Below, one piece after another: positions 40,676 through 50,839 of a stretch of DNA of 64,000 nucleotides. Source of the stretch: Flectonema sp. DT1601 (taxonomy: Eukaryota); contig OZ025802.1 of assembly GCA_964019425.1 (NCBI GenBank), positions 992,001 through 1,056,000 on the forward strand, read 5' to 3'. The notes beneath the pieces were generated by a model. The model saw nothing but the letters and a program-made list of their open reading frames with translations. It was not told the DNA's origin and did not search any database. The stretch's first letter is position 1; every line of letters begins with the position of its first letter. The position numbers and the translations under genes are program-made.

Positions 40676-43600
40676 ATGGCACTCGAACCTGGAGCCATTT
40701 GTTATTATCATGATGCTGAAAAGTCTTGGATAAATGGACGAGTTGAAAGTTGGGATGGAAAGGTAGGATCAGCGAAACCAACTGATGGAGGAAAAGTTTC
40801 GAACAAACTCTCAGCAGATGATATTTTTATTATTCGTGAAGACTGTATCAACGAAGACGTACCTGATCTTCTTCACCTAACCCTACTACATGACAGTACT
40901 TTATTAGCTTGTCTCAGAGTTAGATATTTTAAAGACTTAATCTACACCAACATCGGTGCTATTGTGGTTGCTATAAATCCTTTTAACTTTAAAATACCAT
41001 ATTACATGGACGATAAAATGCCTGAATACCTTGCTGAGGGTGACAGAATCGAACGTAACATCCCTCACTCCTGGGCTCAGGCACATAATACGTATTGGGA
41101 AATGGTTAATAATAAAGGAAATCAAACTATTTTAGTTTCGGGTGAATCTGGTGCTGGTAAGACCGAAGCAAGTAAAATTGTATTTAAATATCTTGCAGCT
41201 GTTTGTTGTAAGTCTGGAACAACTATTCAAAAAGAAGCAGGAACATCAATTGGTGGCAGAATTAACAAAGCCTCTCCTCTGCTAGAAGCATTCGGTAATG
41301 CAAAGACTATTCGAAATGACAACAGTTCGAGATTTGGTAAGTTTATGAGAGTCAAGTTCTCGAGTGATGGATTCTTAGTAGGCGCTCATATAACAAAATA
41401 TCTTTTGGAAAAATCGAGAATTGTAACTGCAATGCCTGGGGAACGTCTTTATCATTCTTTTTATCTATTGTGTAGAGGACAGCCACACGAGTTTAAAGAT
41501 CAAGATTTCTTATCATTGAAATCAGGAAATACCACCAACAACAAAGACTTCGACACTCCTGAAGAATACTCAGAAGTCATCTCAAGTATGACAACTATCG
41601 GATTAGTAGACGACCATCAACAAGCCATTTGGAATACATTAGCTGGGGCTATGCATCTGTTGAACTTAAAATTTGACAAAGACGGAGAAGGATCAGTAAT
41701 ATCACAATCAACACTACCAAGTCTGTCATTGTGTTTAAAGAAATGGGGAATTGACGACGGAGAAAACTTTAAAAATGAATTATCAACCACAGCAATGGAC
41801 CTCATGGGTCAAACAATAGTAAAGCACCTCAGAGTAGTTCAAGCTGTTGATGGCAGGGATGCGTTATGTAAAGCGTTGTATGATAGTTTGTTTTCACTCC
41901 TAATCACTCAATGTAATGATATGCTTGATTCTGATTCTGATGGTACTTGGATTGGTCTTTTGGATATTTTTGGATTCGAAGACTTCGACGTAAACTCTTT
42001 TGAACAACTTTGTATCAATCTCGCTAATGAGACCCTTCAACATCATTATAACTCTTACATCTTTGAAAAAGACATGGAAGAATGCAAGTCTGAAGGAATC
42101 GATGTCACTGCAGTAGTGTTCCCTGACAACACCGAATGCTTAAAAATGATTTCAGCCAGAGGCGGCATCATATCACTCCTTGACAATCAATGTGCTATAG
42201 GTTCTGGTACGGATGAACTATTCCTTTCGTCTGTTGAGGAGCAGCATTCGGGAAATTTGTTTTTCGCAAAGAAAAGATTATCAAAAGATTCTTTTATAAT
42301 CCACCACTATGCAGGATCAGTTGCATACACGGTAACTGGATTTCTCATGAAGAATCGCGACACTTTGAAAGACGCGTGGAAAACCCAACTTCGGAATTCA
42401 AACTGCTCCTTTATAAAAGAACTGCTACCCGCTCCAACTGGTCCAGGGACGAAGATGTCAGCAGGTGGATTCTTTAAATCACAATTAGGTGATCTAATGG
42501 AGCTTATTAACAGCACAAATCCCCATTGGATTCGATGCGTGAAACCACATCCGGCGAAAAAACCAAAAATGATGAGCGGCATTGAAACCATGAAACAACT
42601 GGCATCTGCGGGAGTTCTCGGAACGGTAAAAATTCGTAAAGCAGGTTACCCCGTTAGAATAGCATTTGAAGAATTCAGATATAGATACGCCATCATATTA
42701 AAAAGTTCATCCTCGAACGTTGACACGTCGACTCATGTAACTGCTTGTAGTTCATTACTCAAAATAGCATCACTCAGTTCAACTGATGCACAGGTAGGAT
42801 CTACTCGTGTGTTCCTTAAGTCTGATGCCTACGTCAAGATGGAATCTCTAAAAAAAGAAGTTTTAAATAAGTTTTCTGAAATCGTGCAAGCATACAGTCG
42901 TGGTTTGTACGCCTTACATGCCAAGGTCAGGCCGAAGATTATGGCGGGAAGCCAAGATTTGTTAGCTAAGATGAGAAAGTCTCAAAAGAAACTGACGGAT
43001 TGGAAAAAGAAGGAGGCTACTGAACGACTTGAAAACATCGATGAAGAATCAAAAGAGTGGAGTGAGCTTCGGTCAGAATACGAGTACTTTGTTAATACCA
43101 CAGTAGCTGAAATCATAGCTGCTGAAAAACAACGACTTTGGGAAGAATCGGAACGTCTCCGAATCGAAGAAGAAGAACGCGCTCGAATTCAAGCTGACAA
43201 AGACCGCCGCGCTGCAGCCATCGCCAAACGCAAAGCTGACCGAGAACGGATGCGATCTGAACAAAAACAACAAGAAGCAGACTTATTAGCTGCCGTAACT
43301 CAACTAAAGAAAGACAAACTCGCTGCCGTCGAGAGGGAAGTAGTTGAAATAAAAAGAAAAGTTAAGATTTCAGAAGAAGCTGAACTAAAGAAAGCTGCAG
43401 CCGCAAGAAAGAATCACGAGCACAAGATGACAATAACAAAAGAAAAATCAGATGCTGTGAGGGCGAGAAGAGATCAAAAACAAAGAGAAGACCAACTCTA
43501 CCAAACAGAGTTAGCAACTGAGACATTTGAAAAAGAGAAATGGGCTGAACTCCTAACAACAAGAACACACATGACATCTGAACACAAGGCTTTCGTTAAG

Positions 43601-44278
43601 GGAATCGAATCATCTCTCCGTCACTCTGATGGTAAGGCGCGTGTCAAAGCACAAGAACAACGATTTACGAGATTAACTGAAGTCAGACAATCAGAAGAGC
43701 TAAAGAGAGATTTCCTTCGAGAAATTGAAAAGAAAAGACAACACGATGAAGTGATAGATAGAAGACGTATTGATCGAATAGCCAAGACTGATCAACATCG
43801 ACAAGTCAAAGCATTCGAAAACAAAATGAAAGAAGCCTACTACAGCTTTGAACAAGAACAACAATCAACACGTGATGAGTGGTCTCGTCTCGTCGATAAG
43901 GAAAAACGTCGCAAACGAGAACGTCAATTCAAAGAAAAGTCTGATTTACGAGAGGAAGGAAAAATTCTCAAAAACGTGGAAGTCACAATTGAGAGGTCAC
44001 TCGCTCTTCAAAACATGGAAGAGAAAAGGAATATTGAACGATCTCGATTTCAACACAACCGATCAAAGAGTGAGGGTCGTAGAGTTGGTGGTACTCGCAC
44101 TAGTGATGTGGTTACTAAAAAGGTTACTTCGATTGATCCATTCCTCCATCAGAGACTAATGGGTTCACCAAAAACTGCATCAGCAGGAACCTTAAACGAC
44201 TTGGCCTGCAGAGCAGGTCTTGGAGACATGCAACTCGGTAACGAAAATTGCAGAACAAGTCTACACTGGTCACCCTGA
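40676..44278 (+). CDS. Unconventional myosin heavy chain (motor, IQ-like motif, charged helical tail)
   Basis: GESGAGKT P-loop, NDNSSRFGK switch I, LDIFGFE switch II, PHWIRCVKP; E/R/K-rich tail. Confidence 0.95.
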   Translation: MALEPGAICYYHDAEKSWINGRVESWDGKVGSAKPTDGGKVSNKLSADDIFIIREDCINEDVPDLLHLTLLHDSTLLACLRVRYFKDLIYTNIGAIVVAINPFNFKIPYYMDDKMPEYLAEGDRIERNIPHSWAQAHNTYWEMVNNKGNQTILVSGESGAGKTEASKIVFKYLAAVCCKSGTTIQKEAGTSIGGRINKASPLLEAFGNAKTIRNDNSSRFGKFMRVKFSSDGFLVGAHITKYLLEKSRIVTAMPGERLYHSFYLLCRGQPHEFKDQDFLSLKSGNTTNNKDFDTPEEYSEVISSMTTIGLVDDHQQAIWNTLAGAMHLLNLKFDKDGEGSVISQSTLPSLSLCLKKWGIDDGENFKNELSTTAMDLMGQTIVKHLRVVQAVDGRDALCKALYDSLFSLLITQCNDMLDSDSDGTWIGLLDIFGFEDFDVNSFEQLCINLANETLQHHYNSYIFEKDMEECKSEGIDVTAVVFPDNTECLKMISARGGIISLLDNQCAIGSGTDELFLSSVEEQHSGNLFFAKKRLSKDSFIIHHYAGSVAYTVTGFLMKNRDTLKDAWKTQLRNSNCSFIKELLPAPTGPGTKMSAGGFFKSQLGDLMELINSTNPHWIRCVKPHPAKKPKMMSGIETMKQLASAGVLGTVKIRKAGYPVRIAFEEFRYRYAIILKSSSSNVDTSTHVTACSSLLKIASLSSTDAQVGSTRVFLKSDAYVKMESLKKEVLNKFSEIVQAYSRGLYALHAKVRPKIMAGSQDLLAKMRKSQKKLTDWKKKEATERLENIDEESKEWSELRSEYEYFVNTTVAEIIAAEKQRLWEESERLRIEEEERARIQADKDRRAAAIAKRKADRERMRSEQKQQEADLLAAVTQLKKDKLAAVEREVVEIKRKVKISEEAELKKAAAARKNHEHKMTITKEKSDAVRARRDQKQREDQLYQTELATETFEKEKWAELLTTRTHMTSEHKAFVKGIESSLRHSDGKARVKAQEQRFTRLTEVRQSEELKRDFLREIEKKRQHDEVIDRRRIDRIAKTDQHRQVKAFENKMKEAYYSFEQEQQSTRDEWSRLVDKEKRRKRERQFKEKSDLREEGKILKNVEVTIERSLALQNMEEKRNIERSRFQHNRSKSEGRRVGGTRTSDVVTKKVTSIDPFLHQRLMGSPKTASAGTLNDLACRAGLGDMQLGNENCRTSLHWSP

Positions 44279-44296
44279 TGGTTATGATTACTTGTG

Positions 44297-44329
<33 letters not shown>

Positions 44330-44601
44330 GTTGTTGTTCTTTCTTTCTTTCTATAAAATCTCTTTTCTGTATTTCTCGGATTAGACGACCTGCGTACTTC
44401 AGATTGTATTGTACCTTTTCATTATTTTATTTGTTTTTGTTCTATGATGGTGATGATCGTAAAACGCAATTATTATTTACTTCACTCTCTCTCTCTCTGT
44501 TCATATTCAGGTCACAAGAAATAATGCAGACGGGGTCCAACAATCTTACTCCTATATGAGTAAATTACGTTTCTTGTTTTAGGTAAACAGAATTAGTAAC
44601 A

Positions 44602-45090
44602 ATGCCGAACCGTAAACAACGTGAGTCTAGTTCTAGTAGTGATTCATCAGTGTCTATGAGTTCAGATAATAACAGCAGCAGTATCAGTAGTGAAGGTGAC
44701 AGTAGTAGTGATGGACGTTACGAATCTAATTCCGATAGCTCTACAGCGTCATCTGAAATATCGACTCCCGTAAAACGCAAACCGGCTCGGAAAGCTCCCC
44801 GAAAACCTGCTTTGAAAACAGCTTCTCGAAAACCCGCAGTTAAGAGAGCTCCAAAACCGTCGAAAAAACGAACCACAAGAGCGACGATAGTACGACGATT
44901 CGGAAACAAGATCACGAGGACTCAACGACTTGAAGGTCCGAATGTTGCGTTGCAATCTCTGAAACAATCTGCTTGTAAACGTTGGGGTGAAGACTGGCTT
45001 TCTACTTCAGCTACTAAGTCACTTGTCATTTCTGTATTCTCACCGTTGGGAGTGGAACCAAAACTTGATTCATATTTTAAAAAGAAATAA
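44602..45090 (+). CDS. Small hypothetical protein, Ser-rich then Lys/Arg-rich
   Basis: 162-aa ORF with a U-rich AG at 44582 upstream; same strand as neighbours; no recognised domain. Confidence 0.5.
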   Translation: MPNRKQRESSSSSDSSVSMSSDNNSSSISSEGDSSSDGRYESNSDSSTASSEISTPVKRKPARKAPRKPALKTASRKPAVKRAPKPSKKRTTRATIVRRFGNKITRTQRLEGPNVALQSLKQSACKRWGEDWLSTSATKSLVISVFSPLGVEPKLDSYFKKK

Positions 45091-45359
45091 CACAACGATC
45101 GAAATATTTTTATTTATTTTATTTTATTCTTTGCAGTTGTTGTGCTTTTTGGAAGCAACCACCATCTCTCATTATTCTTAGTACTGTCTTTTTGTATTGT
45201 TATGCTGACCTTATTGTCTTATTTTTCTCATATACATTTCAGTAAGACTCTTAAAATGATGTAGCTTAATGTAAAGCTGATATTCTGTTAATTGTGATTT
45301 TTTTTTATATATTATTTTGTTGTAGCAGGTGTTTTGTTACCTTTTTTATTGTTTAATTA

Positions 45360-46283
45360 ATGATGAGTAAAAAGAGTTTGAGGATAACTGAAAACAATGT
45401 TGGGATACTCTCAAAGTATAAAGTAATTGTATTTGATTGCGATGGGGTTGTTTGGATTCATGAAGAACCGATTGCTGGAAGTGTGCAGGCGATTAATAAT
45501 TTGAAATCCGTTGGAGTCAAGAGACATTTCGTCACTAATCTATCAGCAAGCAAGAGGGAAGACTTGCAAAAGAAATTTATAAATCTTGGTTATAATGTTG
45601 AGATTGAAGACATTTCGACATCTGCTTCGGCAACAGCTTCAATAATGATAAAAAATGGTTTCAGGGGTAAAACTGCTTACATAGTAGGAGAGCCTGGCCT
45701 AGCCGCAGAACTGGAAGCTGTTGGTATACATACTTGTGGACATGAAAAAGACGTAAATCTACCCAAAGTTAATCACCATCAATTCTTAGAAGAGAAACTA
45801 TCACCAGAGAATGTTGATGCGGTTGTCGTTGGTATGGATTGGGGATCGTCATACAGAAAAATAGCAAAGGCTGCTATTTATGTTCAAAAAGGAGCTACTT
45901 TTTATGCAACGAACAGCGATAGGAGCAGCCCAACAACTTCAGGATTGGCGCTTCCAGCAGCGGGATCTCTGTCAACTATTCCGATATCAATTATTTCTCG
46001 AACTGAACCAATTTTAGTTGGAAAACCAACCCCTCAAATCTTACTGGACATTATGTCTTCAAATAATTATGATCCTTCTTCTGTCTTGATGGTTGGTGAC
46101 CGTCTCGACACAGATATATTATTTGGGATATCTTCTGGTGTCGACACCCTGTTAGTACTTTCAGGTAACACTAAGGTAGAACACCTGCTTGATACTCCGT
46201 TAGAAAAACAACCAACATTCGTGTCAGATTCAATTGATATTTTCAATAAAATGATTTCGAAAAAATCTGCTGCAAAACTCTAA
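45360..46283 (+). CDS. HAD class IIA phosphatase (phosphoglycolate/4-nitrophenyl phosphatase, PGP/Pho13-like) with PTS1
   Basis: FDCDGV, FVTN, VGKP, MVGDRLDTDILFG, LLVLSG motifs; ends -AKL. Confidence 0.92.
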   Translation: MMSKKSLRITENNVGILSKYKVIVFDCDGVVWIHEEPIAGSVQAINNLKSVGVKRHFVTNLSASKREDLQKKFINLGYNVEIEDISTSASATASIMIKNGFRGKTAYIVGEPGLAAELEAVGIHTCGHEKDVNLPKVNHHQFLEEKLSPENVDAVVVGMDWGSSYRKIAKAAIYVQKGATFYATNSDRSSPTTSGLALPAAGSLSTIPISIISRTEPILVGKPTPQILLDIMSSNNYDPSSVLMVGDRLDTDILFGISSGVDTLLVLSGNTKVEHLLDTPLEKQPTFVSDSIDIFNKMISKKSAAKL

Positions 46284-46464
46284 TCTATCTTCGTTATTGC
46301 GGTATGAGATTTTGAACATACAAAAAAAAAAAAAGAAGTGATTTTTAAGGTTTTTTTTTTTTTTTTATTTAAATGATCACAAGCATCGTAAATTAACTTC
46401 ACTTCTCACCAGCTGCTCTCAGCAAAGACATGATCGCAAACTAACTAACAAAACAAACAAACTA

Positions 46465-48666
46465 ATGGAACAAAAACAACACTCTCTGGGGACTCAGTGG
46501 TTAGAATCAAATGCAATGATTAATGCAAATGAACTTTTAACTTTCAACTTTGACGTGTCAGGGATGACAGATGTCATCAGGAGATTGATATCAACGGTAC
46601 TCTCGAGTAGTAAATCAACTGAAAAGGCGATGGCAGAGACTGTTAAATGCCAAAGGCTTCTTGGAGAAATGAAACATTCTGTTTTTCAGGCTGAAGAGAA
46701 ATGTAGACAACTAGAAGAGGAAGTAGAAAAAGCAAAACAAGAAATTAATGTGATCGCTGAAAGAAAGGTAAACATTAGTGATTTCAAAGGACTTCAGGAA
46801 CTCTTCGCCTCCCAAACGGAGGAGATTAAAAATGAACAGGCTCGTCTCGAGGCTTCCAAACTAGATTGTGATGGACCCCAATTAGAGAGCGATTGCCGTA
46901 AGTACTCATTGGATACAATAAAGTCTTTCTACACTGCTCGTAATAAAGAAACACGATCGTGGGTTGAGCGTAAGATAGATACACTCCAACAAGGTATCCA
47001 ACAAAGTACTGATGAACGTTTTGCCGGAATCGACAGCGATATTCGTCAAACATCAGTATTGGCGAGTGAGAGATTAGATTTCGCGAAGATGGAATTAGAA
47101 AAACATCTTCGTCTCCACGACAATACAATTTTTGACTTTTCAGTTAAAATATCATCACTAGTCAGAAAGGTTCACTCTGTAGAATCTGATATCGACTCAC
47201 AAGTATCAAACTGTCGTATCCTCACTTTACACAGCCTGACTGAAATCAGACTACTATCTGCATGCTTTGGTACAACTTATGAAACACTTCGGCATCAAAT
47301 GGGATCAAGTTGTGAGGGAATATCAATAGCAGATGTTAAACTTGGTAAATCATTCCTTGAAAGTGACATTCAAAGACTTCATAATCGATTGTCTTCATGG
47401 GAAAAGGTGTACGAACACCCAAAACATTGCAGTACCTTACTCACAGAGGCTCCTGATTTTGTTGCATGGAATTCAGTTCAACAACAACTCCATGAGATCA
47501 TCGAAAGCAAAGATAGACAAGACACAGAAGACTACTGGTCATTTCAAAGGTCTGAAGCAGAAGAATCCGAAAGACAAAAACTATCTGCGACGAATGACGA
47601 AATCGTCCTTCATTTTCTACAGGGTATTTACTTTTTATTTTATTTTTTTCCCTCTTTTTTTTTTTTTTTTTTTTTGGAAAATAAAAAATTCCCCCTCCAA
47701 AAAAAAAAAAAACAAACAGGCAAACTGTTCACTGAATTCCGAACAATGACTGAGAAAACAGTCAGCACAATAGTGGGCCACGCAATGGAAGATATAAATG
47801 AAGATCTCAGTCAGGAAACCCAAGGCATCGTCAAAGATTTAAAAACAAAAATAACAAGTCACAGATGTGTTGAACTCATTCAAGAACACGTTGGCGATCC
47901 GTTTGCTAAAGAGAAAAGTTCTGTTAAGGGAAAACTAGACCACATTGAGCAACAAAAAGTCAGCATTTCTCAAGTACATGAAATGCTTCGTGATAAAGCT
48001 GATGTTTCTGTATTGCAGACTAAGGCTGATAGATCAACGTTGATCGAGATGTTTGAGTTTGTAAACAGCAAGATTGGAATAGAAACGAGTGATGACGTCG
48101 TTAAAAAGAAAATTCGAACCATCAGTAATCGATTAGACGAGATCCAACGAACCAAACTAGACAAAAGCAACCCGCAGTTAATGGCAATATTCACAATGGT
48201 TTCTGGTAACGGCGATCAACTATTTCAAACTCCAGCAGCACCTGCTATAAGTAAAGGTCAAAAAGGGATATTTGGAGGCAACAACACGATGCCTGCATCC
48301 TTGGGAAGACGTGAATCTATTGGCGCGTTTGGTTCAGGAAACTTAAGCCAGACAACAGAAACATGTCTGTCATGCAGCAATCAGACTCCTGAACCGAGTA
48401 ATATAGAAACAGTTGTTGACAACAGAGAGTTGGAGAAACAACAAGCGCAAGACCAGTTGCATATAAGGCAAATGACGCAGTCAACAAACAGAGAAATCAT
48501 ACATCGGAAAGATAAACGTATTCTTCAACCTCCAATTGATATTAACGAATACATTACGAATATGACTTCCTCTCATCCTGCAATTACACCTGCTCCACCT
48601 GCCTCGACAACACCGTCGGTATCTGGAAGTGGTATTGATCCAAGAAGGTATATTGGTAATACATAA
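46465..48666 (+). CDS. Coiled-coil hypothetical protein; exons 46465-47623, 47720-48666
   Basis: Long ORF with heptad-rich segments and KAD repeats; its poly-F/poly-K stretch corresponds to an in-frame intron. Confidence 0.75.
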   Translation: MEQKQHSLGTQWLESNAMINANELLTFNFDVSGMTDVIRRLISTVLSSSKSTEKAMAETVKCQRLLGEMKHSVFQAEEKCRQLEEEVEKAKQEINVIAERKVNISDFKGLQELFASQTEEIKNEQARLEASKLDCDGPQLESDCRKYSLDTIKSFYTARNKETRSWVERKIDTLQQGIQQSTDERFAGIDSDIRQTSVLASERLDFAKMELEKHLRLHDNTIFDFSVKISSLVRKVHSVESDIDSQVSNCRILTLHSLTEIRLLSACFGTTYETLRHQMGSSCEGISIADVKLGKSFLESDIQRLHNRLSSWEKVYEHPKHCSTLLTEAPDFVAWNSVQQQLHEIIESKDRQDTEDYWSFQRSEAEESERQKLSATNDEIVLHFLQGIYFLFYFFPSFFFFFFLENKKFPLQKKKKQTGKLFTEFRTMTEKTVSTIVGHAMEDINEDLSQETQGIVKDLKTKITSHRCVELIQEHVGDPFAKEKSSVKGKLDHIEQQKVSISQVHEMLRDKADVSVLQTKADRSTLIEMFEFVNSKIGIETSDDVVKKKIRTISNRLDEIQRTKLDKSNPQLMAIFTMVSGNGDQLFQTPAAPAISKGQKGIFGGNNTMPASLGRRESIGAFGSGNLSQTTETCLSCSNQTPEPSNIETVVDNRELEKQQAQDQLHIRQMTQSTNREIIHRKDKRILQPPIDINEYITNMTSSHPAITPAPPASTTPSVSGSGIDPRRYIGNT
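47624..47719 (+). other. Spliceosomal GT-AG intron (96 bp, 3n, stop-free in frame)
   Basis: G|GTATTT...T-run...A-run ACAAACAG|GC; same architecture as the other introns. Confidence 0.8.
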
Positions 48667-48776
48667 CCGATTTCTGTCAGGTTATAAATTAGTATTTACG
48701 TTTCTATTAAAAAAAAAAGAATGTAGTTTTTACATCCCCCGCACTCATTCACAGAGTAAATGCGAATCAAAATAAA

Positions 48777-50606
48777 ATGAAAATTGACGAAATTATTACG
48801 AAAGTGTTCGGCTGTCTTATTGACAGATCGATCCTATCGACTGATTCCCCTCTTCAAGTTAAAAGAAAGAGATTACTTATACCCCTCTGCATTGTGATGT
48901 TAACGGTGGCAATAGCTGCGCTACTAATAAGAACAAGAGTGTTGGTCATTATTATTGTTGGATGGATGGTGTTGTTCGGAATCATTCCAGTTCTCTCTAT
49001 TCTCTTGGTGATGAAATCACAAGTATCAGAGACCATGATCACATACTTCGTCTTTGTCAGTACCGTCTGTATACTTTTAACTGACATATCGTCGGCAGCT
49101 ATCCCCGGATATGAAAGGTTTTGGTCATTCTTTATTATAGTTATTGATGTCTTATTCATCATGGAAGCACACAAGTATACTTCAACTGTTATTTTTGTGA
49201 CCTGTATATGCTACTTGTTTATTATGTCGTTGGAGGCAACTTGGAGGTTTGGGATTTTAGATTTTAAAATTCAAGATTATGAACAAGAAGATCGTCGAAA
49301 AGGAGTGTCTTGTTTAAAATTACCGTGTGCGACAACGTATGAGACTTCTGTGTTGAATCTTGGATTGCAAATTTTTATCTTTGTAGTTGATTTTGTTTGT
49401 ACGCGAGGATTTGCTTTAGGACTCATCGAGGAGCGGAATCACGTTCGAGACTCGATTGTGGTGGTGAATGAGATTGCGACGTTGTTGTCAAAGTTTGACC
49501 TGACTACCGCAAGCAAACTGTTATCGGAAAGAGACCACGCAATCCCAACAGGACTAAGAGTTACCCTAGACAGTATTCTTAATAACCTTAGATCATATCA
49601 ACCATACTTACCCCAATCATGTTTTTGTTCAAAACCATCGCAAGACGACTTAAACGAACATCTTGATAATTCTATTCTTACAAATTCATTACTAAAAGGA
49701 AGTAACTCTTTTCAGACCGCTTCCAACTCCATGAGAAGCAACGTAAACATCCCTCTGGCAGCAACAGAAAGTGGTATGTCAATAATCTTAACTGATAATT
49801 ACAACATATCAATGAGAAAGTCTTTTCAATTTATAAAAGCATCTCTAATGGTAGTCAACATAAACAACTCGATGTCTGTTTTAGAACATTCATTACTCTC
49901 TTACGATAGGATTATTAGTATTTTAGTAAAGACAACTTTTGACTCCATACTAAAATTCAAAGGAACCCCAGATGTATTTCTGGGTGATAGGATGTTCGCA
50001 AATTTCGGAGCCTCCCGTCGGAACATCACCCATGCGAAATCTTGTTTTGACGCTGCTTCTTTGGTGTATGATTGTGGGAAATCTTCTATTTTTTCACCAC
50101 ATCAAGATTTTTTACCTAAGAAACTTGAATTAAACATAGGACTCTCAACAGGTCAAGTTGCATGTGGAGACTTAGGTAACTTTGATATGCTAAGGTTTAG
50201 TATCATAGGAAGATCATCCCAATTTGTTTGTGTTGTTGAGAGGATAGGATCGGCTCTAGGGATTCCAATAGCGACGGATTCTAATTTCCACAAATCAATT
50301 TATCACATTGCTGAGAGTAGAATAATATTACAACAGTTCATCTATGATGGGGTGGTGGAGTTTATCTTTCAAGTTGCTCCGAATGTTAGTAATCAACCTC
50401 AGTCAGCGGAGTGGATGTACGCCATGCAAAACAACGGAGTTGGAATATGGGATGATTACAATGTCGCAGTCGCAGTTATTCTCTCAGGTGATCCTCATCC
50501 TCAAATCCTCAGTCAATTATTAAAGAAGGATGGTGCTCCTTATGATGGGTTAAGAAAACTTGTCAGAGAGGGAGTTCCGCCACCGGTTGAAATCCCAAAG
50601 AGGTGA
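48777..50606 (+). CDS. Multi-TM protein with a class III nucleotidyl-cyclase-like domain
   Basis: About 6 N-terminal TM helices; FLGDRMFANFG and IGLSTGQVACGDLG...RFSIIG cyclase-fold motifs. Confidence 0.75.
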   Translation: MKIDEIITKVFGCLIDRSILSTDSPLQVKRKRLLIPLCIVMLTVAIAALLIRTRVLVIIIVGWMVLFGIIPVLSILLVMKSQVSETMITYFVFVSTVCILLTDISSAAIPGYERFWSFFIIVIDVLFIMEAHKYTSTVIFVTCICYLFIMSLEATWRFGILDFKIQDYEQEDRRKGVSCLKLPCATTYETSVLNLGLQIFIFVVDFVCTRGFALGLIEERNHVRDSIVVVNEIATLLSKFDLTTASKLLSERDHAIPTGLRVTLDSILNNLRSYQPYLPQSCFCSKPSQDDLNEHLDNSILTNSLLKGSNSFQTASNSMRSNVNIPLAATESGMSIILTDNYNISMRKSFQFIKASLMVVNINNSMSVLEHSLLSYDRIISILVKTTFDSILKFKGTPDVFLGDRMFANFGASRRNITHAKSCFDAASLVYDCGKSSIFSPHQDFLPKKLELNIGLSTGQVACGDLGNFDMLRFSIIGRSSQFVCVVERIGSALGIPIATDSNFHKSIYHIAESRIILQQFIYDGVVEFIFQVAPNVSNQPQSAEWMYAMQNNGVGIWDDYNVAVAVILSGDPHPQILSQLLKKDGAPYDGLRKLVREGVPPPVEIPKR

Positions 50607-50839
50607 ATTATTAATGAAAGGAGGTAACAGCAGCTGCTTCCTCGGAGGTTAGGGAGAAAAAAAAAGAACGAAAAATTCACTTACACGGACTTTTTTGGTT
50701 TACTTCGTTTCCTTTCTAGGAAATGACGATAAGTATTGTAAAACAATTTCTATCTGGTCTGGACTGTTTATTATTAAGAAATAACAACTCCTTTTCACTC
50801 CACCTTATTTATCATTCAATTCTCACACAGTAATTTAAT

